From assembly GCF_009914755.1 (NCBI RefSeq), contig NC_060946.1: a stretch of 64,000 nt of DNA; one strand, given 5' to 3'. How positions within the stretch are numbered: the stretch's first letter is position 1; each line of letters opens with the position of its first letter. Below, piece by piece: positions 48,431-64,000 of the stretch. The notes beneath the pieces are model-generated. The model worked only from the letters and a program-made list of their open reading frames with translations, made no database searches and had not been told where the DNA came from. Position numbers and translations under genes: made by a program. This stretch comes from the human T2T-CHM13v2.0 reference genome, Homo sapiens.

Positions 48431-51400
48431 TGGAGCCTAGAGAAGATTTGCATCATTTGTGTGATCAGCACAAAGATATATCACAATGTCCCCTGAACAA
48501 AAAGACTGGAAATGATTTACATCAACTCGGTGATCAGTGCATACGTATGTCAGATATCCCCAGTAGGCTGAACCTAGACAAGGTTTACATCATTTAGGTG
48601 ATCAGTGTAGAGATATGTGAAAATTCCCATGTAGATAGAGCCTAGACAAGTGTTACATCACCTAGTGATCAGTGCAGGGATAAGTCGTAAAGCCTCCTTT
48701 TAGCAGAGTGTAGACAAGTGTTTCCTCCCTGGGGTGATCAGTGCAGAGATATGTCCCAAAGGCCCTGTAAACAGAACCTTGACAAGAGTGACATAACTTG
48801 TTTGATCAGTGGAAATGTATATCACAAAGCCCCCTGTAGGCAAAGCAAAGACAATTGTTACATCACCTGGGTGAGGAGTGGAGAGATCTGTCAGAATGCC
48901 CCTGTAGGCAGAGGTTAGAAAAGGGTTACATCACCTGGGTGATGAGTGCAGAGATCTGTCAAAACGCTCTTGTAGGCTGAACCTAGACAGGAGTTACATC
49001 ACCCAGGTGATCTGTGCAGAGATATGTGAGAATTCCCCTGTAGGCAGAGCCTAGACAATTGTTACATCCCTAGGTTATCAGGGCAGGTATAAGTTATAAA
49101 GCCTCCTGTAGGCAGAGCGTAGACAAGAGTTCCCTCCCCAGGGTGATCAGTGCAGAAATGTGTCACAAAGCCCCTGTAGGCAGAGCCTAGACAAGAGTTT
49201 CATCACTTGGTTGATCAGTTCAGAGATGTGTCACAATGTCCAGGTAGGCAGATCTAAGACAAGAGTCCATCACCTGGGTGATCAGGGCAGAGATATGTAC
49301 CAATGTCCCCTGTAGGCAGTGTCTAGATAAGATTTGCATGACCTCAGAGATCAGTGCATAGATATGTCACAAAGACTTCTGTAGGCAAAGCCCATACAAG
49401 GCTTACATCACCTAGGTGATCAGTGCAGTGATATGTCACAAAAATCCCTGTAGACAGAGCCTAGAAAAGAGTTACATCACCTGGGTGATCAGTGCAGAAA
49501 TTTGACACAATTCCCCCATAAAAAGAGCCTAGACAAGACTTACATCACCTGGGAGATCAGTGCAGAGATATGTCACAAATCCCCCTCTAGGCAGAGTATA
49601 GAGAAGAGTCCCATCACCTGGGTGATCAGTGCAGAGATATTTCACAATGCCCCCTGTAGGCAGAGAGTGGACAAGTGTTACATAACCTAGGTGATCTGTG
49701 CAGAGCTATGTCAAAACGCCCCAGTAGGCAGAGCCTAGATAAATGTTTCATCACCTGGGTGATCAGTGCAGAGATACGTCAAAATACACCCTGTAGGTGG
49801 AGCCTAGACAATAGTTACATCACCTGGGTGATCAGTGCAGAGATACGTCAAATAACCCCTATAGGCGGAGCCAAAGCAAGAGATACATCTCCTGGATGAT
49901 CAGTGCAGAAATATGTCACAAAGTCCCTGTAGGCCGAGCCTAGACAAGAGTTACATCTCCTGTGTGATCAGTGCAAAGATATGTCACAAAGCCCCCTGTA
50001 GACAAATCCCAGAAAATTGTTACATCACCTGGGTGATCAGTGGAGATGTGTGTCACAATTCCCCTTTAGGCGCAGCTTAGACAAGCGTTACATCACATGA
50101 CTGATCAGTGCAGAGATATGTCACTATTCCCCCATAGGCAGATCCAAGACAAGAGTCCATCACCTGGGTGATCAGTGCAAAAATATGCCACAATGCCGCC
50201 AGTAGGCAGATATAGACAAGAGTTACATCACCTGCGTGATCACTGCAGAGATATATCCCAATGTCCCTGTAGGCAGAGCCTAGACAAGAATCCTTTCACC
50301 TGGGTGATCAGTGCAGAGTTATGTCACAATGCCCCCTTTTGGCAGGGCCTAGACAAGGGTTACATCACCTGGGTGATCAGTGCAGAGATGTGTCACAAGC
50401 CCCCTGTAGCCAGAGCCTAGACGAGAGCTAGACAAGAGCCTAGACAATAGCCCAGACACAGCAGTGTGATCAGTGCAGTGACATGTCACAATGTCCCTGT
50501 AGCCATATCCTTGACAAGAGTGACATCACCTGGGTGATCAGTGCGGAGATATGTCACAATGTCTACAGTAGGCAGAGCCTAGAAAAGAATTACATCACCT
50601 GGGTGATCAGGGCAGAGATATGTCATAAATCCCACTGTAGGCAAAGCCATTGCAAGTTTTACATCACCTCACCATTCAGTGCAGAGATATGTCCCAATTT
50701 CCCTCTAGGCAGAGCATAGACAATAGTCACATCTCCTGGGTGATCAGTGCAGAGATAAGTCACAATGCCCAAATAGGCAGAGCCTAGACAAGAGTTACAT
50801 AACCCAGGTGATCCGTGCAGAGTGATGTCACAAAGCCCTCTGTAGGCAGAGACTAGAAAAGAGTTATGTCACCTGGTTGATCAGTGCAGAGATATGTCAC
50901 ATTTCGCCCTCTAGGCAGAGTATACAGAAGAGTCCCATCACCTGAGTCATCAGTGTAGAGATAATGCACAATGCCCCCTGTAGGCAGAGAGTGGACCAGA
51001 GTTACATAACATAGGTGATCTGTGCAGAACTATGTCAAAACGCCCCTGTAGGCAGAGCCTAGATAAATGTTACATCACCTGGATGATCAGTTCAGATATA
51101 CGTCCCAATACCCCCTGTAGGTGCAGCATAGACAAGAGTTACATCACCTGGGTGATCAGTGCAGTGATACGTCCCAATAGCCCCTGTAGGTGGAGCCTAG
51201 AGAAGAGTTACATCACCTGGGTGATCAGTACAGATATATGTCACAAAGCCCCTGCAGGCAGAGCCTAAACAAGAGTTACATTACCTGGGTGATCAGTGCC
51301 GAAATATGTCACAAAGTCCCTGTAGTCCGAGCCTAGACAAGAGTTGTTACATCTCCTTGGTGATCAGTGCAAAGATATGTCACAAAGCCCCCTGTAGACA

Positions 51401-51618
51401 AATCCCAGAAAATTGTTACATCACCTGGGTGATCAGTGGAGATATCTGTCACAATTCCCCTTTAGGCGCAGCTTAGACCAGCGTTAAATCACATGAGTGA
51501 TCAGTGCAGAGATATGTCACTATGCCACCATAGGATGATCCAAGACAAGTGTCCATCACCTGGGTGATCAGTGCAGATATATGCCACAATGCCTCCAGTA
51601 GGCAGATATAGACAAGAG
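48352..51618 (+). repeat. Beta satellite array B5
   Basis: 68-bp tandem monomers. Confidence 0.97.
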
Positions 51619-51740
51619 CACCTGGGACAGGCTGGCAGGGCGCCACCGCAGGCAGGGGGCCTGTGCAATGCGGCCCCCGGAGGGTGTCACCCTGCTCCCT
51701 CTTAGGTGGCCTTCGCCCACATCGGCGCGTGGGGAACGGG
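51619..51740 (+). pseudogene. 122-bp DUX4 ORF fragment (approx. codons 149-189) at the inversion junction
   Basis: CACCTGGGACAGGCTGGCAGGGCG...GGCGCGTGGGGAACGGG is collinear with e.g. 33839-33960. Confidence 0.9.
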
Positions 51741-54086
<2,346 letters not shown>

Positions 54087-56675
54087 ACACATCTCTGAAC
54101 TCATCAACAAAGTGATGTAACTATTCTCTAGGCTCTGCCTACAGGGGATTTGTGACATATGTCTGCACTGATCACCCAGGTGATGGGACTTTTGTCTAGG
54201 CTCTGCCTATGGGGGCATTGTGACATATCTCTACACTGATCACCCAGGTGATGTAACTCTTGTGTTGGATCTGCCTATGGGGGCATTGTGACATATTTCT
54301 GCACTGATCACCCAGGTGATGGGACTGTTGTCTAGGCTCTGTGTATGGAGGCTTTGTGACATATCTCTGCACTGATCACCCAGGTGATGTAAGGCTAGAC
54401 TAGGCTCTGCCTACGGGGCATAGTGACATATCACTGCATTCATCACCGAGGTGATGTAACTCTTGTCCAGGCTCTGCCTACAGAGGGCCTTGTGACATAT
54501 CTTTCACTGATCATGTAGGTAATGTAACTCTTGCTTATGCTCTGGCTGCAGGGCAGAGTTATTGTGAAATATCTCTGCATTGATCACCCAGGTGATGGGA
54601 CTCTTCTCTAGGCTTTGCCTACTGGGGGCATTGTCACATGTTTCTGCACTGATCACCCAGGTGACAGACTCTTGTCTTGAATTTGCCTATGGGGGCATTG
54701 TGACATATCTCTGCACTGATCACCCAGGTGATGTAACTCTTGTCTATATCTGCCTCCTGGCGGCATTGTGGCATATATCTGCACTGATCACCCAGGTGAT
54801 GGACTCTTGTCTTGGACCTGCCTATGGGGGCATAGTGACAAATATCTGCACTGATCACTCATGTGATGTAACGCATGTCTAAGCTGCGCCTAAAGGGGAA
54901 TTGTGACAGATCTCTCCACTGATCACCCAGGTGATGTAACAATTTTCTGGGATTGGTCTACAGGGGGCTTTTTGACATAACTTTGCACTGTTCACCCAAG
55001 AGATGTAACCCTTGTCTAGTCTCGGCCTACAGTGTCATTGTGACATATTTCTGCACTGATCATTTAGGAGATATAACTCTTGTTTAGACTCTGCCTACAG
55101 GGGCTTTGTGACATATTTCTGTACTGATCACACACGCGATGTAAGTCTTGTCTAGGTTCCACCTACAGGGGTTATTGTGACGTATGTCGGCACTGATCAC
55201 CCAGGTGATGTAACTCTTGTCTAGGCTCCACCTACAGGGTGTATTGTGACGTATCTCTGCACTGATCACCCAGGTGAAGTAATATTTATCTATGCTCTGC
55301 CTGCAGGGGCGTATTGACATAGCTCTGCACAGATCACGTAGGTTATGTAACTCTTGTCCACTCTCTGCCTACAGGGGGTATTGTGAGATATCTCTGCACT
55401 GGTCATCCAGCTGATGGGACTCTTCTCTATATGCTGCCTAGAGGGGGATTTGTGTCATATCTCTGCACTGATCACCCAGGCGATGGAAGTCTTTTCTCGG
55501 CTCTGTCTATTGAGGCATTGTATCAAATATCTGCACTGATCACCCAGGTGATGTAACTCTTGTCTAGGCTCTGTCTACAGGGATTTGTGTGACATATCAC
55601 TGCACTGATCACCTAGGTGATGTAAGCCTTGTATGGGCTTTGCCTACAGAAGGCTTTGTGACATGTCTATGCACTGATCTCTGAGGTGATGCAACTCTTG
55701 TCTAGGCACTGCCTACAGGGGACATTGGTACGTATCTCTGCACTGATCACCCAGGTGATGGATCTTGTCTTAGATCTGCCTACCTGGACATTGTGACACA
55801 TCTCTGAACTGATCAACCAAGTGATGAAACGCTTGTCAAGGCTCTGCCTACAGGGTCTTTGTGACACATCTCTCCACTGATCACCCTGGGGAGGGAACTC
55901 TTGTCTACGCTCTGCCTACAGGAAGCTTTATGACTTATACCTGCACTGATAACCTAGGTGATGTAACACTTGTCTAGGCTCTGCCTACACGGGAATTCTC
56001 ACATATCTCTGCACTGATCACCCGGGTGATGTAACTCCTGTCTAGGTTCAGCCTACAGGAGCATTTTGACATATCTCTGCACTGATCACCCAGGTGATGT
56101 AACCCTTGCTTAAGCTCTGCCTACAGGGGCATTGTGACAGATCTCTCCACTCCTCACCCAGGTGATGTAACAATTGTCTTTGCTTTGCCTACAGGGGGCT
56201 TTTTGATATACATTTCCACTGATCCAACAGGTGATGTAAACCTTGTGAAGGTTCTGCTTACAGGGGCTTTGTGTCATATCACTGTACTAATCACAACAGG
56301 GAGGAAACACTTGTCTACTTTCTGCCCACATGAGGCTTTACAAGTTATCCCTGCACTGTTCTCTAGGTGATGTAACACTTGTCTAGGCTCTGTCAATATG
56401 GGAATTTTCACATATCTCTACACTGATCACCTAAATGATGTAACCCTTGTCTAGGTTCAGCCTACTGGGGATTTCTGACATACCTATGCACTGATCACCT
56501 TGGTGATGTAAATAATTTCCAGGCTTTTTGTACAGGGGACATTGTGATATATCTCTGCACTGATCACCCAAATGATGCAAATCTTCTCTAGGCTCCGCTG
56601 GGAGGGGGCATTGTGACATGTTTCTGAACTGATCATCCAGGAGATGTAACTATTCTCCAGGGTTTGAGAAAGAGC
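54087..56675 (-). repeat. Beta satellite array B6 (inverted)
   Basis: Monomers read ACCCAGGTGATGTAACTCTTGTCTAGGCTCTGCCTACAGGGGCATTGTGACATATCTCTGCACTGATC. Confidence 0.97.
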
Positions 56676-59446
<2,771 letters not shown>

Positions 59447-62400
59447 ACACATCTCTGAACTGATCAACAAAGTGATGTAACTCTTGTCTAGGCTCTGCCT
59501 CCAGTGGCTGTGTGACATATCTCTGCACTGATCACCCAGGTGATGGGACTTTTGTCTAGGCTCTGCCTATGGGGGCATAGTGACATATCTCTACACTAAT
59601 CACCCAGGTGATGTAACTCTTGTGTTGGATCTGCCTTTGGGGGCATTGTGAGATATTTCTGCACTGATCACCCAGGTGATGTGACTCTTGTCTAGGCTCT
59701 GCGTATGGGGGCTTTGTGACATATCTCTGCACTGATCACCCAGGTGATGTAATGCTTGACTAGGCTCTGCCTACGGGGCATAGTGACATATCACTGCATT
59801 GATCACCGAGCTGATGTAACTCTTGTCCAGGCTGTGCCTATAGGGGCCTTGTGACATATCTCTGTACTGATCATCTAGGTGACTTAACTCTTGCTTACGC
59901 TCTGCCTGCAGGGGCATTGTGAAATATCTCTGCACTGACCACCCAGGTGATGGGACTTTTCTCTAGGCTCTGCCTACTGGGGGCATTGTCACATATTTCT
60001 GAACTGATCACCCAGGTGACAGACTCTTGCCTTGGATTTGCCTATGGGGGCATTGTGACATATCTCTGCGCTGATCACCCAGGTGAAGTAACACTGGTCT
60101 AAGCTCTGCGTAAAGGCGCATTGTGACAGATCTCTGCACTGAGTACTCAGGTGATGTAACTATTGTCTAGTCTCTGCTTAAAGGGGCCTTTTCACATGTC
60201 TCTGAACTGATCACCCATGTGATGTAACTATTCTCTAGGCTCTGCTTACAGGGGGTATTGTGACACATCCCTGCACTGATAACCTAAGTGATGTAACACT
60301 TGTGTACCCTCTGCCTACAGGGGCATTTTGACATATCTCTACACTGTTAACCTAGGTGATGTAACCCTTGTCTAGGCTGTGCCCACAGGGGGATTGAGAC
60401 ATATCTCTGCACTGATCCTGAGGTGATCCAACTCTTGCCTGGTCTCTGCATATTGGGGACATTGTGACATATCTCTGCACTGATCTCCCAGGTGCTGTAA
60501 CTTTAGTCTAGGCTCTGGCTACACAGCATTGTGACGTATCTCTTCACTGACCACCCAGGTGATATAATTATTCTCTAGGATCTGCCTACAGGGGGCTTTG
60601 TGACATATCCCTGAAATGATCACCCAGGTGATATAACACTTGTCAAGGCTCTCCCTATAGGGGCATTGCGATGCATCTCTGAACTGATCACCTAGGTCAT
60701 GTAGCTCTTGTCTAGGCTCTGCCTACAGTGGCAATGTGACATATCTCTGTACTGATCACCCAGGTGATATAACTCTTTTCTACGATCTGAATACAGGGTG
60801 CATTGTGACATATCCCCGCAATGATCACCCAGGTGATGTACCACTTGTCAAGGCTCTGGCTACAGGGACATTGCGATGTATCTCTGCACTGATTACTTCT
60901 TAGGTTATGTAACTCTTGTCTAGGCTCTGCCTACGGTGGCATTGTGACATATCTCTGCACTGATCATCCAAGTGATGTAACGCTTGTCTAGGATCTGCCT
61001 AAAGGGACTTTGTGAAATAACTCTCCACTGATCATCCAGATGATGGGGCTTTTCTCTAGGCTCTGCCTAAGGGGGCATTGTGACATATTTCTGCACTGAT
61101 CACCCAGGTGACAGACTGTTGTCTTGGATCTGCCTACGGGGGCATTGCGACATATCTCTGTACTGATCACCCAGGTGATGTAACTGTTGTATAAGCTCTG
61201 CCTACAGGGGAATTGTGAGAGATCTCGCCACTGATCACACAAGTGATGTAACTATTTTCTAGGCTTTGACTACAGGGGGCTTTGTGACATACCTTTGCAC
61301 TGATCACCCAGGGTGTTTTAAGTCATCTAAGTTCTGCCTACAGGAGCTTTGTGACATATATCTGCACTGATCACTTAGGTGATGTGACACTTTCATAAGC
61401 ACTGCCTACAGGGAATTTTGACAAATCTCTGCACTGATCACCTAAGTGATGTAACTCTTGTCTATCCTCTGCCCAAAGGGGGCATTGTGAAATATCTCTG
61501 CCCTGATCACCCAGGTGATTCAACTCTTGTCTAGGATCTGCCTACAGGGTTTATTGTGAAATACCTCTGCACTGATCAAGTAGGTGATATAACTCCTGTC
61601 TCTGCTCTGCCTACAGGGGCGTTTTCACATATCCCTGAACTGATGACAAAGTTGATGTAACTCTAGCCTAGGCTTTGCCTCTAGGGGACATTGTGACATA
61701 TCTCTGCACTGATCACCAAGGTGATGCAACTCTTCTCTATTCTCTGCCTACAGCGGACATTGTGACATATCTCTGCACTGATCACCCAGGTGATGCAATT
61801 CTTCTATATGCTTTGCCTACAGGGGGCATTGTGACATATCTCTGTATTGATCACCCAGGTGTTGTAACTCTTTCCGTGTCTCTGCCTACAGACGGCGTTG
61901 TGACATCACTCTGTACGGATCACACGGTTTATGCAACTCTTGTCTAGGCTCTGCCTACATGGGCATTTTCACATATCACTGCACTGATCACCGAGATGAT
62001 GTATCTCTTGTATATGCTTCGCCGACAGGGGGCATTGAGACATATCTCTGCACTGATCACCGAGGTGATGCAACTCTTGTCTGGGATCTGCTTACAGGGG
62101 GCATTGTGACATATCTCTGCCCTGATCACCCAGGTGATGTAACTCTTGTCTAGGCTCTGCCTAGAGGGGGATTTGTGACATATCTCTGCACTGATCACCC
62201 AGGTGATGGAAGTCTTGTCTAGGCTCTGTCTATTGGGGCATTCTGTCAAATATCTGCACTGATTACCCAGGTGATGTAACTCTTTTCTAGGCTCTGTCTA
62301 GAGGGATTTTTGTGACATATCACAGCAATGATCACCTAGGTGATGTAAGCCTTGTATGGGCTTTGCCTACAGAAGGCTTTGTGATATATCTCTGCACTGA

Positions 62401-64000
62401 TCTCTGAGGTGATGCAACTCTTGTCTAGGCACTGCCTACAGGGGACATTGGTACATATCTCTGCACAGATCACACAGGTGATGGACTCTTGTCTTAGATC
62501 TGCCTACATGGACATTGTGACACATCTCTGAACTGATCAACCAAGTGATGAAACTCTTGTCTAGGCTCTGCCTACAGGGGCTTTGTGACACACCTCTGCA
62601 CTGATCACCCTGGGGAGGGAACCCTTGTCTATTCTCTGCCTACAGGAGGTTTTATGACTTACACCTGCACTGATAAACTAGGTGATGTAACACTTATCTA
62701 GGCTCCGCCTACACGGGATTTCTCACATATCTCTGCACTGATCACCCAGGTGAGGGACTCTTGTCTTGGATCTGCCTATGGGGGCATTGTGACATATCTC
62801 TGCACTGATTACCCAGGTGATGTAACTGTTGTATAAGCTCTGCCTACAGGGGAATTGTGACATATCTCGCCACTGATAACTCACGTGATGTAACTATTGT
62901 CTAGGATTTGCCTACTGTGGGCTTTGTGACATACCTTTGCACTGATCAGCAAGGTGATGTATCTCATCTAATTCTGCCTACAGGAGGTTTGTGACATATC
63001 CCTGCACTGATCACTTAGGTGATGTAACACTTTTTTAAGCACTGCCTGCAGGGAGTTTTGACAAATCTGGGCACTGATCACCTTGGCCATGTAACTCTTG
63101 TCTACCCTCTGCCCAAAGGGGGCATTGTGAAATATCCCTGCACTGATCACCCAGGTGATTCCACTCTTGTCTAGGATTTGCCTACAGGGGGATTTTTGAA
63201 ATATCTCTGCACTGATTCACTAGGTGATGGAACTAGTGTTTATGCTCTGCCTACATGGGCGTTTTCACATATTCCTAAACTGATGACAATGGTTATGTAA
63301 CTCTTGCCTAGGCTTTGTCTACAGGGGACACTGTGACATATCTCTGCAGTGATCACACAGGTGATGAAACTCTTGTCTATATCTGCCTACTGTCGGCATT
63401 GTGGCATATTTCTGCACTGATCACCCAAGTGATGGACTCTTGTCTTGGATCTGCCTATGGGGGCATAGTGACATATATCTGCACTGATCACTCATGAGAT
63501 GTAACGCTCGTCTAAGCTGCACGTAAAGGGGAATTGTGGCAGATATCTCCACTGATCACCCAGGTGATGTAACAACTTTTTGAGATTTGTCTACAGGGGG
63601 CTTTGTGACATATCTTTGCACTGATCACCCAGGTGATGTAAACCTTGTCTAGGCTCGGCCTACAGGGGCTTTGTGACATATTTCTGTACTGATCACCCAG
63701 GTGATGTAACTCTTGTCTAGACTCCACCTACAGGGGCTATTGTGACGTATCTCTGCACTGATCACCCAGGTGATGTAACATTTTCCTAGGCCCTGCCTAC
63801 AGGGGCGTTTTGACATAGCTCTGCACAGATCACCTAAGTTATGTAACTCTTGTCCACTCTCTGCCTACAGGGGGCATTGTGAAATATCTCTGCACTGATA
63901 ACCCAGGTGATGGGACTCTTCTCTATACTCTGCCTAGAGGGGGATTTGTGACATATCTCTGCACTGATCACCCAGGTGATGGAAGTCTTGTCTAGTCTCT
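59447..64000 (-). repeat. Beta satellite array B7 (inverted, runs off the window)
   Basis: Reverse-complement 68-bp monomers. Confidence 0.97.

Overview
Hominoid (human-like) heterochromatic DNA, not microbial. The window is a dispersed D4Z4/DUX4-like cluster of the kind found outside the 4q35/10q26 arrays; the chromosome cannot be assigned from sequence alone. Bases 1-~2840 are an unprocessed, internally deleted CLUH pseudogene on the minus strand, fused directly to a 5'-truncated D4Z4-like unit. The rest is a composite macro-repeat: eight degenerate D4Z4/DUX4-like units (U1-U6 on +, U7-U8 on -) separated by seven blocks of 68-bp beta (Sau3A) satellite. Orientation flips at ~51740 through a junction containing a 122-bp DUX4 fragment. 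No unit encodes an intact double homeodomain. Highlights: (i) U2 has an in-frame 702-bp deletion of both homeodomains, leaving a 214-aa ATG-initiated ORF behind a TATAA box. (ii) Five pLAM/exon-3-like segments are visibly a decayed copy of the DUX4 5'UTR, and the position of the FSHD-permissive ATTAAA is plain satellite consensus (GTCACA). (iii) The same ATTAAA context occurs separately inside the satellite at 13898. (iv) Three units keep an intact 76-aa C-terminal ORF. (v) Six units share an identical satellite-to-D4Z4 junction. Comparisons with reference DUX4, pLAM and CLUH sequences are from memory and need confirming by alignment. Most ORF-track entries are artefacts of GC-rich or satellite sequence.
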